Shown here in pieces: positions 32,246 to 44,636 of a stretch of 64,000 nucleotides of DNA. The notes beneath the pieces are model-generated. The model made no database searches and was not told where the DNA came from. It saw nothing but the letters and a program-made list of their open reading frames with translations. Made by a program: the position numbers and the translations under genes. How positions within the stretch are numbered: position 1 is the stretch's first letter; every line of letters starts with the position of its first letter. Source of the stretch: Epithemia pelagica (lineage: Eukaryota > Protista > Bacillariophyta); NCBI GenBank assembly GCA_946965045.2, contig OX337239.1, forward strand, positions 806,001 to 870,000, given 5' to 3'.

Positions 32246-35200
32246 TCAGTGTGCATGAGGATGAATGACCGTGTCTGGATAAGGTTTGTACTGTGCGTAG
32301 ATAACAAGGTTGTCAATAGTTGTCGTCCGCGATCCCCATTGTCCATGATTCTCGAAAATCACTTCAAGCTTGTGGCACAGATGAGGAACAACAAATTCCA
32401 CAAACTCACGTCTGTAGGCTTTGCCATTAACGATGTAACGATTGTGACCATTTTTTTTACGATCCCATATCTGAACCCTGGTGATTTGACTGTCAGAATA
32501 GGTATCGGTTCCAGGATTGTAATTATGACAGGTGTATCCCATCGAAAAGGAATCAGAACTGTAGATCTTATCCGTAATGAAGTCAAAAACAGCAGCATAG
32601 CGTAGCGCACTCGACGCACGTCGCGAATCAATGTCAAGATAAACCGATGATCTGTGAGCTCGGTCATCCTTGAGTATCCAGGCTCCACCAGACCCGAGAC
32701 CACTTGAACTAACTCTTTTAGAATAAACCTGACTTGTATCTCCACTGTACCACCAGTCAGGTACAGCGCCGTTGAAATCTTCATGGTAGATCGGCTGATA
32801 GTTCAATTGCTTGACCGCCATCTCGTCAACGAAGAACATACTACTGGAGCTCGAACAATCTACGCGAAGAATCAACTTCATCGACTTGCAGCCCCATGAT
32901 GCCGAAAACCTGACACTTTTAGTCCCCGAACCCGATGAGATGGTGGTGATAGATTTTATTGCGCCATTGGTGCTGCCGTTGCTATACTCAACACATTGTG
33001 ATTCAACATATAAACTTGCCGACCCCGTTTCATTGTAAGAGAAATGAAACTCAAAGAAGTCCGAAGCATGCTCTGACGTTATGTTGATCCACTTGAAAAT
33101 ACGACCAGACGGACCACGTAACTTCCAACAGCTTGATCCTTGTGGACACATAGTGTCAGAGACACGAGCCGCGTCGCTTTTCGATGTGTCATCAATCCAG
33201 CCATGATGTTTGTCGGGGTCCTCAAAGTCAGCTACGTGATCGTATAGAATCCAACTGGGCGGCTTGACAGGAACTCCATCCTTCTGGGTTTCCCCGAAAG
33301 GACAAATGGAGGACAATGTTGGACTCCGAACTTCACACCCAGAAGCACATTCACATTTGTACGATTTCACAAACACCCCACCTTCATTGTCCTTGGTCGT
33401 GGTAAAGTCCGCTGTCGGCGCCAAGGTAATACCTTGGACGGTTCTCTCGTACCTCACAGAAGCGCAATCAACATAATTCCAAATGGTTTTAGATGCGCCA
33501 CTATTCAACAGATCAGGGCCGTCGAACCAGCCAGTTATTTCGTGCTTAGGACCGTCCCATACGACGGAACCTCCAGGACTGCATTTCACGTTGATGAGAA
33601 TAAGGTCAATGTCCTTCCAGAACAAACCAGCTGCCAATGTGAATTTGATTATTCTGAGGCTATTCGTAACAAATTTGAGCTTCTCAGCAGGAACGGTGAA
33701 AATAGATACCGAATCTTCGATGAACAACTTCATCCATTGTCCGTCATAAGTAGGAGACGTGCCACTCATGCTGCCAAAGTATTTCGACATTTCAATCAAT
33801 TCGCGTTGATATTGCCACGATTGCTTGATCACAGTGTTCTCTGCATGCAGGCTGCCCCATTGTCCACTGGTGACAATTGGACGGTGACGGATCGAGTTCT
33901 GTGTGGGTCGAGCAAATTAGTGAGACAACGAGGCCGAAACAGCGAAACGTTGTACGCGGGAAAAACTTACAGATCCGTGTACATAAAAGCCAGGATGCAC
34001 AACACTACCATAATCAGCCGTCAGAGACCCAGGGGGGTTGGTAGATTGATAATCATTATCAGGTACAACGCCGTGGGCGATGAACACGGTGCCGGTAAAT
34101 TGGTCAAGGATATGTTTAGTTCCAAATTTCATGCTATTCCTTGATAGGAAGCGGCCTGTCAATAAACAAGAAAAATGAGTGGAAGTTTGGCTGAACGATT
34201 GCGTTGACTCGTCCGCTACACATACCTCCAATGAAGGCACGACCTTCCACTTTGTCGAGATCCTCAACGTTGCCTTCATCACCGGCTGTCATCAACGAGA
34301 AGTGATGAAGCAACCAAAAACCAATCGGACAGTGAGAGTAAGAGGGAGGGGGTGTAGGGCAGTAACGGAATCTAATGTTTCCCAAAGACCCAGAACCAGC
34401 ATAATCAATCTGCAACATCTTGACATCATCCAGACCTTCGCTGTCAACGCCATCATATTTACTGAAAGTAGTGAAAGTAACACCGTCAGGACTGAACTCG
34501 CTTACACTCAAACCATTCTCCCCTATCTCCCATGACTCGTCTGTGTTCGCTGATGTGTCTGGCATGTACTCGGATATCACTTCAGTGCCGCTGGAATCTT
34601 TGACAATGAGTTTGTTACTACTACCGTCGTCAATGTCCAGAACATGCAATGATAAGAGCTCGACAGGATGCAAAAAGCTCAATTTGATATGTCCGCCCTT
34701 TCCTGTGTCGTCGGGACATTTTTTGTCTTCTTCCTGGATAATGGCAACTTTTCCTTGTGGCATACAGTTTTCCCATTTTCCGCCTGGTTTAGCTTCATTA
34801 TTTATTTTGCCTTGGTGGTTTTCTTCAATTCCAGGCATTCTCCATGGATCGTCGTCTGGACCATACGGCTGATCGGACAAATAGGCCACATATGTATCAT
34901 TACACCAGCGATTTGGAGATCCCAAGTCTGTGTCACCGTCACCCCCGTCGCAAAGTTCTGATCCTCCGTGGTTGCCTGTGGGTCGGTAGGTATCAAACAC
35001 CATGCATGCTCCCCACTCCTGCGCGTGCTTTCCGTCGATACCGGGAGTGAAACCTTTCGAATGAGCTTGGTTACGTTTCGCTTCAAATTTGATTCCATGA
35101 GTCTCAAAGAACTGATCCAAAAGCCACATGCCCCACTCTCCCTGCGAGAAATCAAAGTTAACAACCGGGCAACTATACTCGGTGGGAGATGACGTCGTTA

Positions 35201-36370
35201 CAACCGGGGAAGGAGTCGGTGCGACCACGGGAGCATTATAAAGAAAAGCGTCCATTTCTGGAGTATAGTCACATGGAGCAACACACATTCCAACGTTGGA
35301 TATTCCCCATTCATTGCGGCCAATCATCAAACCACCTCGAAAGATACCGCCATTTTGACCCTTATATTCCCTTTGGCCCTGCCCAGACTTGATGCTGATT
35401 AGATTAGGGAAAACCTTTGGAGATGCATCCATCAACATAATGTAGATGCCAATCACATCCCCAGAATCACCGTTCTTAAACGTAGTCTTGGAACCGTCAA
35501 TGTGAAACTTTAATTTCCCACTTCCTGCAGTCGGATGATCATAGGCGCATTCCATCATGTGGTCGTCACCGTAGAGTCCGCCGGCAATCCAACCTGCAAG
35601 TTCTGAATTCTCATCCCAGTTGATAAATTCGTCCTGATTCGTTCGACCGGTGTAGGAACAAAACACCGAACCAGCTGGGCATGCCTTTTTACCCGGACCA
35701 AACAAAGGGGAACTCGCGACATGTCCTTCATCATTTGTCTCATCCATGTAACCGGGGCATCCATCCGGAATCGGTGGCATCGTTGGTGCACTGGTAGGAT
35801 CCACGGTGGGTGCACTGGTAGGACCAGCCGTGGGGCCACTTGTCGGACCGTGAGTGGGCACATCCGTAGGACCGTGAGTGGGGCCACTTGTAGGACCGTG
35901 AGTGGGGCCACTTGTTGGACCAGAAGTGGGGCCACTCGTAGGACCTGCAGTAGGGCCACTCGAAGGACCAAAAGTGGGGCCACTCGTAGGACCAGCAGTA
36001 GGGCCACTCGTAGGACCAGCAGTTGGAGCGGACGTAGGGGCGTCGGTCGGACTGGGAGTGTGTTCCAGGGGTGTCATGTCTTCGGTAGGCTTGTTGGTCG
36101 GGGCGCTTGTTGGAATAGACGTAGGCGAGCTCGTCTTACGCTTCACGATGTAACGATGATCGTCTTCACAAATCTCGGGGGTGGCTGCATTTCAAGGACG
36201 TGTACAAGAGTTTTCAAATGGATTAGACACGAGAAAAATACATGCTACAGGCGTCTGATTCTACTGTATTGCTTACCTTGGGTAAGGGGGAAATCGTATG
36301 CTACGGCTTTCATTTGGCCCATCAACTGGGCCAAGGATGCAACCAGAAGGATTGCGCGGCCAAAGTTCAT
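32246..36370 (-). CDS. Secreted modular adhesin/mucin-like protein, 4 exons (36370-36277, 36184-34226, 34155-33971, 33898-32246), ~1296 aa
   Basis: Signal peptide MNFGRAILLVASLAQLMGQMKAVA. Three GT-AG introns (92, 70, 72 bp) give a continuous frame. PT(S/A/H)GPT repeats, choice-of-anchor-A-like motifs (VEGRAFIGG; IWNY..GITLAPTA) and beta-sandwich-like C-terminal domains. Confidence 0.8.
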
Positions 36371-37890
36371 GGTGCTTCTTCTTCTTCTTCGGCTGGACTA
36401 GTTCTTTTTCAGAAAGAGGTTTGTTTGTCTACTTCTCTTCTTCGTGCACTCTCAGAACAACGTTTGTGTTCACCTCCAAACCGTGCTCTGATCTGTGGAC
36501 CAAACGAAAAATTCTGTTCCCAATGGTAAACAGAGCGTGAGCACCGTGCTTGGTTGGACGAGTATAAAGTCCCCCGAATGACTTTCATGGAGAGAGAAGC
36601 ATCTCAATGGTTATGTGGGTTTTCCGATGCCAGTTTCAGGGCACATGAAAGGGTTCTGGAGTGAACGGTCCGCGGTCATATTCAGGTCATTGGGATCGGG
36701 AAGCGTCTTGGGATTCGTGGTTGGTCTTGACCGTCCTACGAGGACGACTATCGCGCTCTACACGATATCAGTCCCTGCCAACTTTTGATGGTTAGATATC
36801 CTCTTGCGTCCAACCCCCCACAACGACCCAACCAAGGCTTCCGCTTCGCAAATCACCCCAACTCGAGTACTCGTATTAATAATATGTCAGAGGAGTGAAG
36901 AGTGAAGGAGAGCAAAGAGAAGGCGATCGCAAGATGAGAGAAACACTAAGAACTGAAAGAGTCCATCGTGGGATCCATAATGAAAATTGCAAATTGCCCT
37001 TGGCCCATTTGAGAACTTCAGAGTCATTTATACAGTATAACGAGTTCTTATTCGTAGTTACCCAAAGGTGAAAATGACTGTGAAACCACATCCAATTGTC
37101 TCGACCGCAAAGAGCAACTCTCTATTCGTGGTTTGGTCACAACGTGTAGCTCGTGTTGGTCGATCCAACGTCGATCTTGTTGCACCCGATTGATCAAGTA
37201 GTCCGGCCTGCTTCGAGTTCGGGTATGGAGACCGAACTGAACCAAGAGCGGCCCCCCGCAGACGTAACTTACCAAGGATGATGATGATGATGATGCGTGG
37301 TGCGCATCCGCAACTGGATGCTAGTTTGTTGTCGTCGACGACAGGGTCCATTTGATTGCGTGGACCATTGGACCAGAGGATGAAACGTAATAGGATCCTC
37401 TTCGTTCGTGCTGTCACTCGTGTAGCGCTTTCCCATGCAGCTCGTCCGTGGTGCTTTGTGGTGAGTACCATGGCCGTTGGCAAAACTTCACTCTCGACTG
37501 CCGAACGAACCAACAGACGGTTGTGAGCACGTATGGCAGGGGGAACCGTGGTCGGCGGATGCCATTGTCGCTCGTCCAGTGGCGGCATCATCCGCGACGC
37601 ACACTGGCCGTGTCCTCCAATGGATCGTCCCAAGCCCAATGATGCAGTAAACTTGCATACATATAGACTAGGTAGGAGAGAGAGGTCGTTTCAGATCTTA
37701 CGTCTTTTCTAACTAGGTTGACACAATGTTAAAGTATAGGATGACTTGGGGCCGAAACAATAGAGTGGGTATGGATCAGTGATTCTGGTGCGCGTTTTCG
37801 AGTCATCATTCATTCGCTCGTCTCGGAGCACGTTGCTTGACCACACCCAAGACACCAGCCAGTCTGGAGCCCAACGATACGTTATTAGTA

Positions 37891-40800
37891 TTATGACAGG
37901 GGAGTGATTTGGAGTTCCACCAGTAGCGAGGTAAATCCAAAGGGACCGGTTCGGGTATTGGTTTTCATATCATAAAGGGGAATGGATCGATACCCCGTGC
38001 GTAACCGATTGCAGGGAATGGCCGCTTCGGCCACCCGATCATCCAAACCGACATCTTGTTCCTTGAGGGAAAATTGGATCATGGCCACTTGTGGATTCAG
38101 TACCCGCAATTCCTTGAGTTCCCGTCCCTCTTTCCAAATGGGACAAAAGCCATTGTTGTCCACGGCACGGGTACTAAACGAAGCCGTCACATAGGCCAAA
38201 CGACCGGCCGCGTCGTCCTCCTTAACGTCATGTAACGTTACGGTAACATAGGGATCAATCGTTTCTCCCACAATGGATCCACCGGGTTTGGGCAAACAAC
38301 TACCGGCCAAGACACGGATTCGGATCCGCAGGGGATCCACATGACTGGTCATGTATTTGCCGAGACTCTTCATGCGGTCCGGGATTTGCGCATCTTCTAC
38401 CGACGTGGTTGGTTCCTTGGTCTTGCTGTTGCTGTTGTTGTTGTTGTTATTGTTTGTGTGTTTGGGGTGGAGAGTGCCCCGCAAAATGGCGGCGCCGACT
38501 CCCGACAAGACGGACGCGGGTCCCATGGAGGAGGAGGGACTGTTGCTGGCAATGGGCAAAATATCGGGCGATGGTTTCAAAATGTACCCACAACGACGAT
38601 TTTCTCGAAAGCGGCCATCGTTCAAGGTCAATGGTGCGTCGGGCGTTTGAATGTTGAGGGCCACCAATTGACATCCCGCCGCCCAGGCCAAGGTGGGATT
38701 GTAATTGGAGGAATCCACTCGCAGTCCGGCGGGGTAGGTCCGGGTCAAATGACGGACATTGTAGTCTCGCCAAGCCTCCACCAGGGTTTTGCCACTGCTA
38801 CTACTGCTGCCCTTTTTCTTTTTGCCACTCAAGAGTTTGGTCACCTTCTTTTCACTCATGGAATGCATATGGGAGGTGGGTTCCGCAATGGATTGTTCAA
38901 AATTTTTGTATCGGGTGCCATGAAACAAGGTGAGACGAGCCAATTCGGGAACAATGGCCGGAACCTTGTTGTTGTTGTTGCGGGCCTTGGGCGAAGCCGT
39001 GCCCTCTTGTTTGTAGGGATCAAAATCCTTGTCGTCCTCTCTCACCCCCGTCGATATGGTTTCGGTAGTGTCTGGTTCATCCTCCTCGTCCTTGTCATCG
39101 TCTTCTGGATCCGGCGGTCGTTTTCCCTTGATGACAACCATGCCAATCAGTTCTTGTGGTGTGGGCAAGTCACCATCGCCACCGCCTTCCGTATTGGGTG
39201 GCACATAGAGCAAATCGCCCAAAATGTCATTCAAATCCCGTGCCATGGCTTGTTGAAAAAGGAGACTGCAATGATTTTCCAAGGACAGGATAATGGGATA
39301 GGTCTTGGGTTGACTGTATCGAATATAGGCCGCCACCACCCGCAAGACATCGGCAAACAAAATTTTGGAGGTCAAGGTATGACCATGAAAAATGACGGGC
39401 CAATACTGCCGCGTAGTATCCGTAGGATCGTCGCCATTTAGTTTGTTCTTCGTTTTACTGCTACTACTGCCAGTCGTCGTCGTGGCGGTGACTTCCCCAT
39501 CCCAACAATCCAATTCCAAACATTTGCATCCGCGTCTCAAGGCCGTCATGTACATTTCCACCGAACTGGACGATTGCAATTGATCGCCCGTCAAGTAGGT
39601 ATTGTGCGTCGAATTGATCCAATAGTGCGACATGGGTCGATTCATGAGCACCACTTGTGGTGGTTGGGATTGTTGTTGGGATTGTTGCTTTTTGTGTTTG
39701 GTGGCTTGCGGAATGACCAAGGTCCCATTCAAGGCCCAGGGATCGTAGGCACTGTTCATGGAATCAAACAGGTACAATTCAAAGAGGGACCGGGTCAATT
39801 CCAAGGCATTTGTCGTGCTCGTACTACTCGTACTACTATGGGCCGAGTGCTCCATGGCACTCAAGGTTTGGACCAATTCATGGGCATCCGACACGGTCAA
39901 GTGGGTCATGTCTTGAATCTGGTGCAAAAAGTCTTGCAAAAAGGTGTGACACGATACCGCGTCGGTCGTGGCGCCAAATACCACATTCCAAATCTGGTCC
40001 GCCACACAGACGGCCTTGGTGTCGTTCTTCTTGGTGGGTTTGCCCGTGGACGGGTGGTTGGTCCCTCGTTTCAATCGTTGCAACAAGTCCAACACTTGGC
40101 TGTAGGTCAAACTATCGACCTTTTGAAATTTCGTCTTTCCTTGTTGTGGTTGTTGTTGTTGGAGGAGGTGTTGCCCATAGGTTTGAAATTCGCGATGGGC
40201 CTGGGGAACATGGTAATTGATGCGTTGCAACAAGGTGGAAAATTCGGATCGGCTCAGGGTCCCATCGCGATTGCAATCCATATCGTACCAAATATAGCGC
40301 AACAACAGAGCTTCGTTACTGACGCGGACCCGTGTGGCCTGATAGGTATCTCGCACCTGTTGCAAGGCCTGGAGCAACAAGTTCCGATCGGCCTCGTCCT
40401 CCACCAAGAGATTGAGGGAAGCTTCCGACGACGACAGGGCATGATCGTCACTGCCGCCAACTCGTCGCGGACTGCCATGGAAATGATGCCACAGGGTGAC
40501 AATCTGCGACGATGCCGCCGGTCCATCGAATCGCGGATCGTCCAATCCCTTGAGACGATCGACGGTTCGAGCTCGTTCCAAGACGTGAGTGGCCACCACA
40601 CCGACTTGCCATCCATTCCAATCACAGACATCCAGGCAACGGACCGTTTTGTGGGACTGCAACAAACTGGTTTGCTGTTTGCCACCACCACCACCCAAAC
40701 AACCTCGTCTCCACCACGACCGTGGGTGCAAGTCGGCTCCGTGCGTCGACCAGACACCGCCTTGCTCCGTATTCGTAGTCGCAGCAATGGGTTGATGTGT

Positions 40801-41067
40801 GACAAAGAGGGCCAATCGATCCTTGGACAAGGTCACGTAGCGGGGTTTGAGTTGACCGCGGCTCGTGACCTTTTGGACGGGAATTCCCGGTGAGATCAAC
40901 CGGTCCAACCCCGTCAATTGTTGCAAGGCCTGCCCCAACACGGGAGGAACATGAGGAGGCCATTGTGGGGGAGAGGATGGTGTTGTCGTTGTTGTGGTGG
41001 GTGCCGCGGTAGTTGTCGTTGGACCACGGTGGGCCTTGTGGGGGGCCGTCGGCAAGGAGGACGACAT
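37891..41067 (-). CDS. PLC: Phosphoinositide phospholipase C (PH, EF-hand, X, Y, C2)
   Basis: YWINSTHNTYLTGDQL, CLELDCWDG, IFHGHTLTS, ILSLENHCS, RTYPAGLRVDSSNYNP, GCQLVALN and a C2 domain (DPYV..NNGFCPIW). Probable ATG at 41067. Confidence 0.95.
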   Translation of the reverse strand: MSSSLPTAPHKAHRGPTTTTAAPTTTTTTPSSPPQWPPHVPPVLGQALQQLTGLDRLISPGIPVQKVTSRGQLKPRYVTLSKDRLALFVTHQPIAATTNTEQGGVWSTHGADLHPRSWWRRGCLGGGGGKQQTSLLQSHKTVRCLDVCDWNGWQVGVVATHVLERARTVDRLKGLDDPRFDGPAASSQIVTLWHHFHGSPRRVGGSDDHALSSSEASLNLLVEDEADRNLLLQALQQVRDTYQATRVRVSNEALLLRYIWYDMDCNRDGTLSRSEFSTLLQRINYHVPQAHREFQTYGQHLLQQQQPQQGKTKFQKVDSLTYSQVLDLLQRLKRGTNHPSTGKPTKKNDTKAVCVADQIWNVVFGATTDAVSCHTFLQDFLHQIQDMTHLTVSDAHELVQTLSAMEHSAHSSTSSTSTTNALELTRSLFELYLFDSMNSAYDPWALNGTLVIPQATKHKKQQSQQQSQPPQVVLMNRPMSHYWINSTHNTYLTGDQLQSSSSVEMYMTALRRGCKCLELDCWDGEVTATTTTGSSSSKTKNKLNGDDPTDTTRQYWPVIFHGHTLTSKILFADVLRVVAAYIRYSQPKTYPIILSLENHCSLLFQQAMARDLNDILGDLLYVPPNTEGGGDGDLPTPQELIGMVVIKGKRPPDPEDDDKDEEDEPDTTETISTGVREDDKDFDPYKQEGTASPKARNNNNKVPAIVPELARLTLFHGTRYKNFEQSIAEPTSHMHSMSEKKVTKLLSGKKKKGSSSSSGKTLVEAWRDYNVRHLTRTYPAGLRVDSSNYNPTLAWAAGCQLVALNIQTPDAPLTLNDGRFRENRRCGYILKPSPDILPIASNSPSSSMGPASVLSGVGAAILRGTLHPKHTNNNNNNNSNSKTKEPTTSVEDAQIPDRMKSLGKYMTSHVDPLRIRIRVLAGSCLPKPGGSIVGETIDPYVTVTLHDVKEDDAAGRLAYVTASFSTRAVDNNGFCPIWKEGRELKELRVLNPQVAMIQFSLKEQDVGLDDRVAEAAIPCNRLRTGYRSIPLYDMKTNTRTGPFGFTSLLVELQITPLS

Positions 41068-41849
41068 GAGATGCGGGTGTTGCCACACACACACTACAGC
41101 GTTCACGTCGTGTGGTAACAAGACAAGGTTGTTGTAGTAGTTTGGAGGATCCGACCGCGAATCCACCAAGCAACCAAATACTTTCAGATCTCTCTCGAAA
41201 GATCTGCTTTGATTTGTCACTTCCACAAACGTTTTCTGTACAACCAAATGAATCCGGCCAAGGGCCAAACTTGTTGGTTGCTTCTTTGCTTTCCAAAAGG
41301 ACGACAGCAAGTTTGGCTGCCTCGCGTTCCAACAAAGGACGACAGTAACAACACCAACAACAGGTATCTTGGATCTTGCGGTGTGTTTACCCTGTATACC
41401 TGTACCCGAACGAGTATCTTTTTGGGTTTGTTCCTTTTTCCAAAATTTCAGAGGGCAATAGTATTGAATGGGCTAAACGGCTGAGGGCAGTAGTTGAACA
41501 CTGCTACAATGAGCCATCCTTTCCCCATTGTAGTGTAAAGCTACAAGTCACACGGAACAAAGACACGCGCTTTCACGCGGGCGCGATAGGCAGCCTCTCA
41601 ACGCTACCTATCCGCGATGGGATCCAGAAGTCGTCGACATCAGCAACCACATCACAGTTGAACCGAATCAGCCTCTCATCATGGTGTGATGGTAGGAATC
41701 TCCAATGAGTGCGGAGTGTTGACGCAGAGATTGCAGTGAGTTGCCCAAAGCAAGAACAACGATATTCTTTTGTGTGGTGGACCATTCTATTATTACTTGG
41801 AGACAAGCAACATTACAGCGTGAAACCCAACGTGCCCAAGAAAAAAATC

Positions 41850-43577
41850 ATGTGGAACCAACCATCCCAAGCAACTCGACCACCATCCTCATCCAAACGA
41901 CACTGGATTCTTTGTGGATGGCTGCTGCTGCTTAGTAGTAGTATTGGGGAATGCCAGGCATTCAGCAGTACCAACAATCCCCTCCTCCCAACAAGTCGTC
42001 ATGGTCGGTCCGTTCGACAACAACAACAACAACAACGATTTGCCATGCCACCGAACGACACCCAGCCACAACAACCACCACAACCACAAGAAAACGCTTC
42101 AGTGGGTGTCGATCGTCGCACGTGGTCCTGGCAACTCCTCCAAAAACTCGCCTGGACGGCCGCCGGATCATCCTCGTCGACCGTGTGGCCCCTGCAACCC
42201 TCCTTGGCGGCCACCAAAAACAACCAGGACTCGTCGTTCTTGCTGCCGACTCCCCCCTTGACGTCGGACGTGTATTGGCCGACGGGCAAAGTGGCCTTTT
42301 CGTTATTGCCCTTGACGGGTCCCCGTCGCAAAACGATTCAAGAAACCATTGTCGACGGTATGATTTGGACGCACGATCAATGGCAAGGCATTGTCAATGT
42401 CAATGTGCCCGTTCGACAAGTCGTCGTCAAATTATCGAATGACAAGGGATTGTGGGTGCACAATCCCGTGGCACCCACACCCGAACTTGTCGCCATGATG
42501 CATCAATTGGAAGAGGCGCATGGGCCCGTGCGACATGTTGTCTTGGGAACGGTCGCCCTCGAACACAAGGCCACGTTTGGAGCCTTTTGTCGCTACTTTC
42601 CGCAGGCGACTGTTTGGATTCAACCGGGACAATGGTCGTTTCCCGTGACCGTACCGATTGAATTTTATGGGCTTCCTCAACGCGGTCGTCGATTGCGCGA
42701 ATTGCCCGTTCCCGGTCGACCCGTCACGGCCCCACAATATGCCTATTACAGCAACGAGCCACCGGAATGGCTCGACGATTTCGACTATCAAGTCTTGGGA
42801 CCCTTTTCCTTTCAAGCCGTCGGAGCTTTTTCGGAAACGGCCTTTTATCACAAGCCGACCCAAAGTTTGATAGTCACCGATGTGGTGTGTTCCCTCACGG
42901 ATACCCCACCCGCCATTGTCCAAGAAGATGCTCGCTGTTTGTTGTATCATGCCCGCAACACGGCCACCGATGACCTTGACCTTCAGGATTCGTTGGAAAC
43001 GCGACAACGGGGATGGCGTCGCATGGCCTTGTTTGGCCTCGTCTTTTTTCCGTCCCAAATTCAAGTCCAAACCGTCTCGCAGGCCTTGCGCGATGCGCAA
43101 CACGTGCCACCCGCCTTGCAAAATTTGGGACAAGGCGCCATTCCGGGAACACTTTATCCCTGGACCTGGGACAATGATTCGGCCGAAGTGGCCAGTTTCA
43201 ACGCTCTGGCGCAAAATGGCAGGTTGTTTTGTCCCCCCATTTTGACCAAATTAATCTTGGATCGCGAACCCGAGGCCACCTTGGCCTGGGTCGATCAAGT
43301 CGTGCAACGATTTGGATCAACCAAACGCATTTTGCCCAGTCATTTAAACAACAACGTACCGCTGGGCAAGAATGGCATGGACGAATTTGCCGCCGCCTTT
43401 GATCCCTTGCGGAGTCGTCCCAATCAAGTCGTTCCCCAACGGGCCTTGGCCGAGGACCTCAAGTTGTTGCAAGAGGCCAGTGATCTCTTGACCCAGTATG
43501 GCATTGTGGCACCGTCCCAAGTCTGCGATGGCGAACCGGCACGTGTCCAAGGCAAGTTTCGGTTCGCCTCCAATTAA
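41850..43577 (+). CDS. DUF4336 family protein, likely plastid-targeted
   Basis: WTHDQWQG..VPVRQVVVKL..LWVHNPVAPT and EHK motifs. Signal peptide ending CQA-F. Confidence 0.8.
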   Translation: MWNQPSQATRPPSSSKRHWILCGWLLLLSSSIGECQAFSSTNNPLLPTSRHGRSVRQQQQQQRFAMPPNDTQPQQPPQPQENASVGVDRRTWSWQLLQKLAWTAAGSSSSTVWPLQPSLAATKNNQDSSFLLPTPPLTSDVYWPTGKVAFSLLPLTGPRRKTIQETIVDGMIWTHDQWQGIVNVNVPVRQVVVKLSNDKGLWVHNPVAPTPELVAMMHQLEEAHGPVRHVVLGTVALEHKATFGAFCRYFPQATVWIQPGQWSFPVTVPIEFYGLPQRGRRLRELPVPGRPVTAPQYAYYSNEPPEWLDDFDYQVLGPFSFQAVGAFSETAFYHKPTQSLIVTDVVCSLTDTPPAIVQEDARCLLYHARNTATDDLDLQDSLETRQRGWRRMALFGLVFFPSQIQVQTVSQALRDAQHVPPALQNLGQGAIPGTLYPWTWDNDSAEVASFNALAQNGRLFCPPILTKLILDREPEATLAWVDQVVQRFGSTKRILPSHLNNNVPLGKNGMDEFAAAFDPLRSRPNQVVPQRALAEDLKLLQEASDLLTQYGIVAPSQVCDGEPARVQGKFRFASN

Positions 43578-44636
43578 AAGTCCATGATGGGGGGCGTCGC
43601 TCGATTGGGGGTGTGTGGGACACTAGCTAGATAGCGCCGCAAGACCAGGTACACAGGAATCCAGAGCCTTGCGCGCCAGGACGTGGGGAATCCAAACAAC
43701 CCTACAGACACATGTGTGGTTGCAGTGCCTGTACCTTTTGTTCTGGGGCATGCACACGCGGGACCATTCCTAAACTGGAACGTGCACAAGAATAAAAGCC
43801 TTGGTCGCAACCGCTCGCCTCCGGCAACTGGCGGGATGGAAGGAATACTACCAATTGGGATATGCAAGAGAGAGACCCTTGTGGAAAGGACTACTCCATT
43901 GGAGTGAATCCCATTGAAGCACAACCGTAAAAGAGTGGGAAGAAACCATTGATTGTCAACGAGCGGCAACCGATGCCCCCTAACATAGAGAAAAAAACAT
44001 TAGGCCAACGGTATTCCAATCGTCTCTTTGGGGAGACCTATTCCAATCGTGTCCTTTCGGTCACGCGTTCGTCGTTCGCCAATCCCCCAAACCGAAGACA
44101 CGCAGTGTCCGAATTGGAACCCCCATGACACTTCCCAGCTGTTGAGTCGACGTGGACAACTTTGATTGACTATGCGGCGTGGTCCCACGTATAAAGATAG
44201 GGTGTGCTCGGAGTCGAATGAGAACGCTGACATACGACAATCCATCGCTGAGAACCAGTTCTGTCCAACACGAATCCAAATAATAATATAAATGTCAGCG
44301 CTGAGAATTTTGTCCCCCCACCGGGAGTTGAAGATGGTGCCTCGCGGAAGCACTTTTTCGAGATAAAGCGCACATCAAAGCGTGGTTCTTTCTCTCTCAA
44401 CTCTCAATCAACTCACCTCTTGGATTCTTGGATCCATCGAACCGTTGAAACGAGATTGCAACGAGAACCTGCCTGTGGAGGTGCTCGTCGTGGTGAATTT
44501 TTGGATGGAGGATACAATTGAATCGTCCACGGAATCCGACACGATTTGAAGTGTGTGGTGAAGACGAAAAACATTCCGCCACCACCACGAAGAAGAAGAA
44601 AACGTCCAAAACTAACACCATTCCTCCCAAAAAAAA

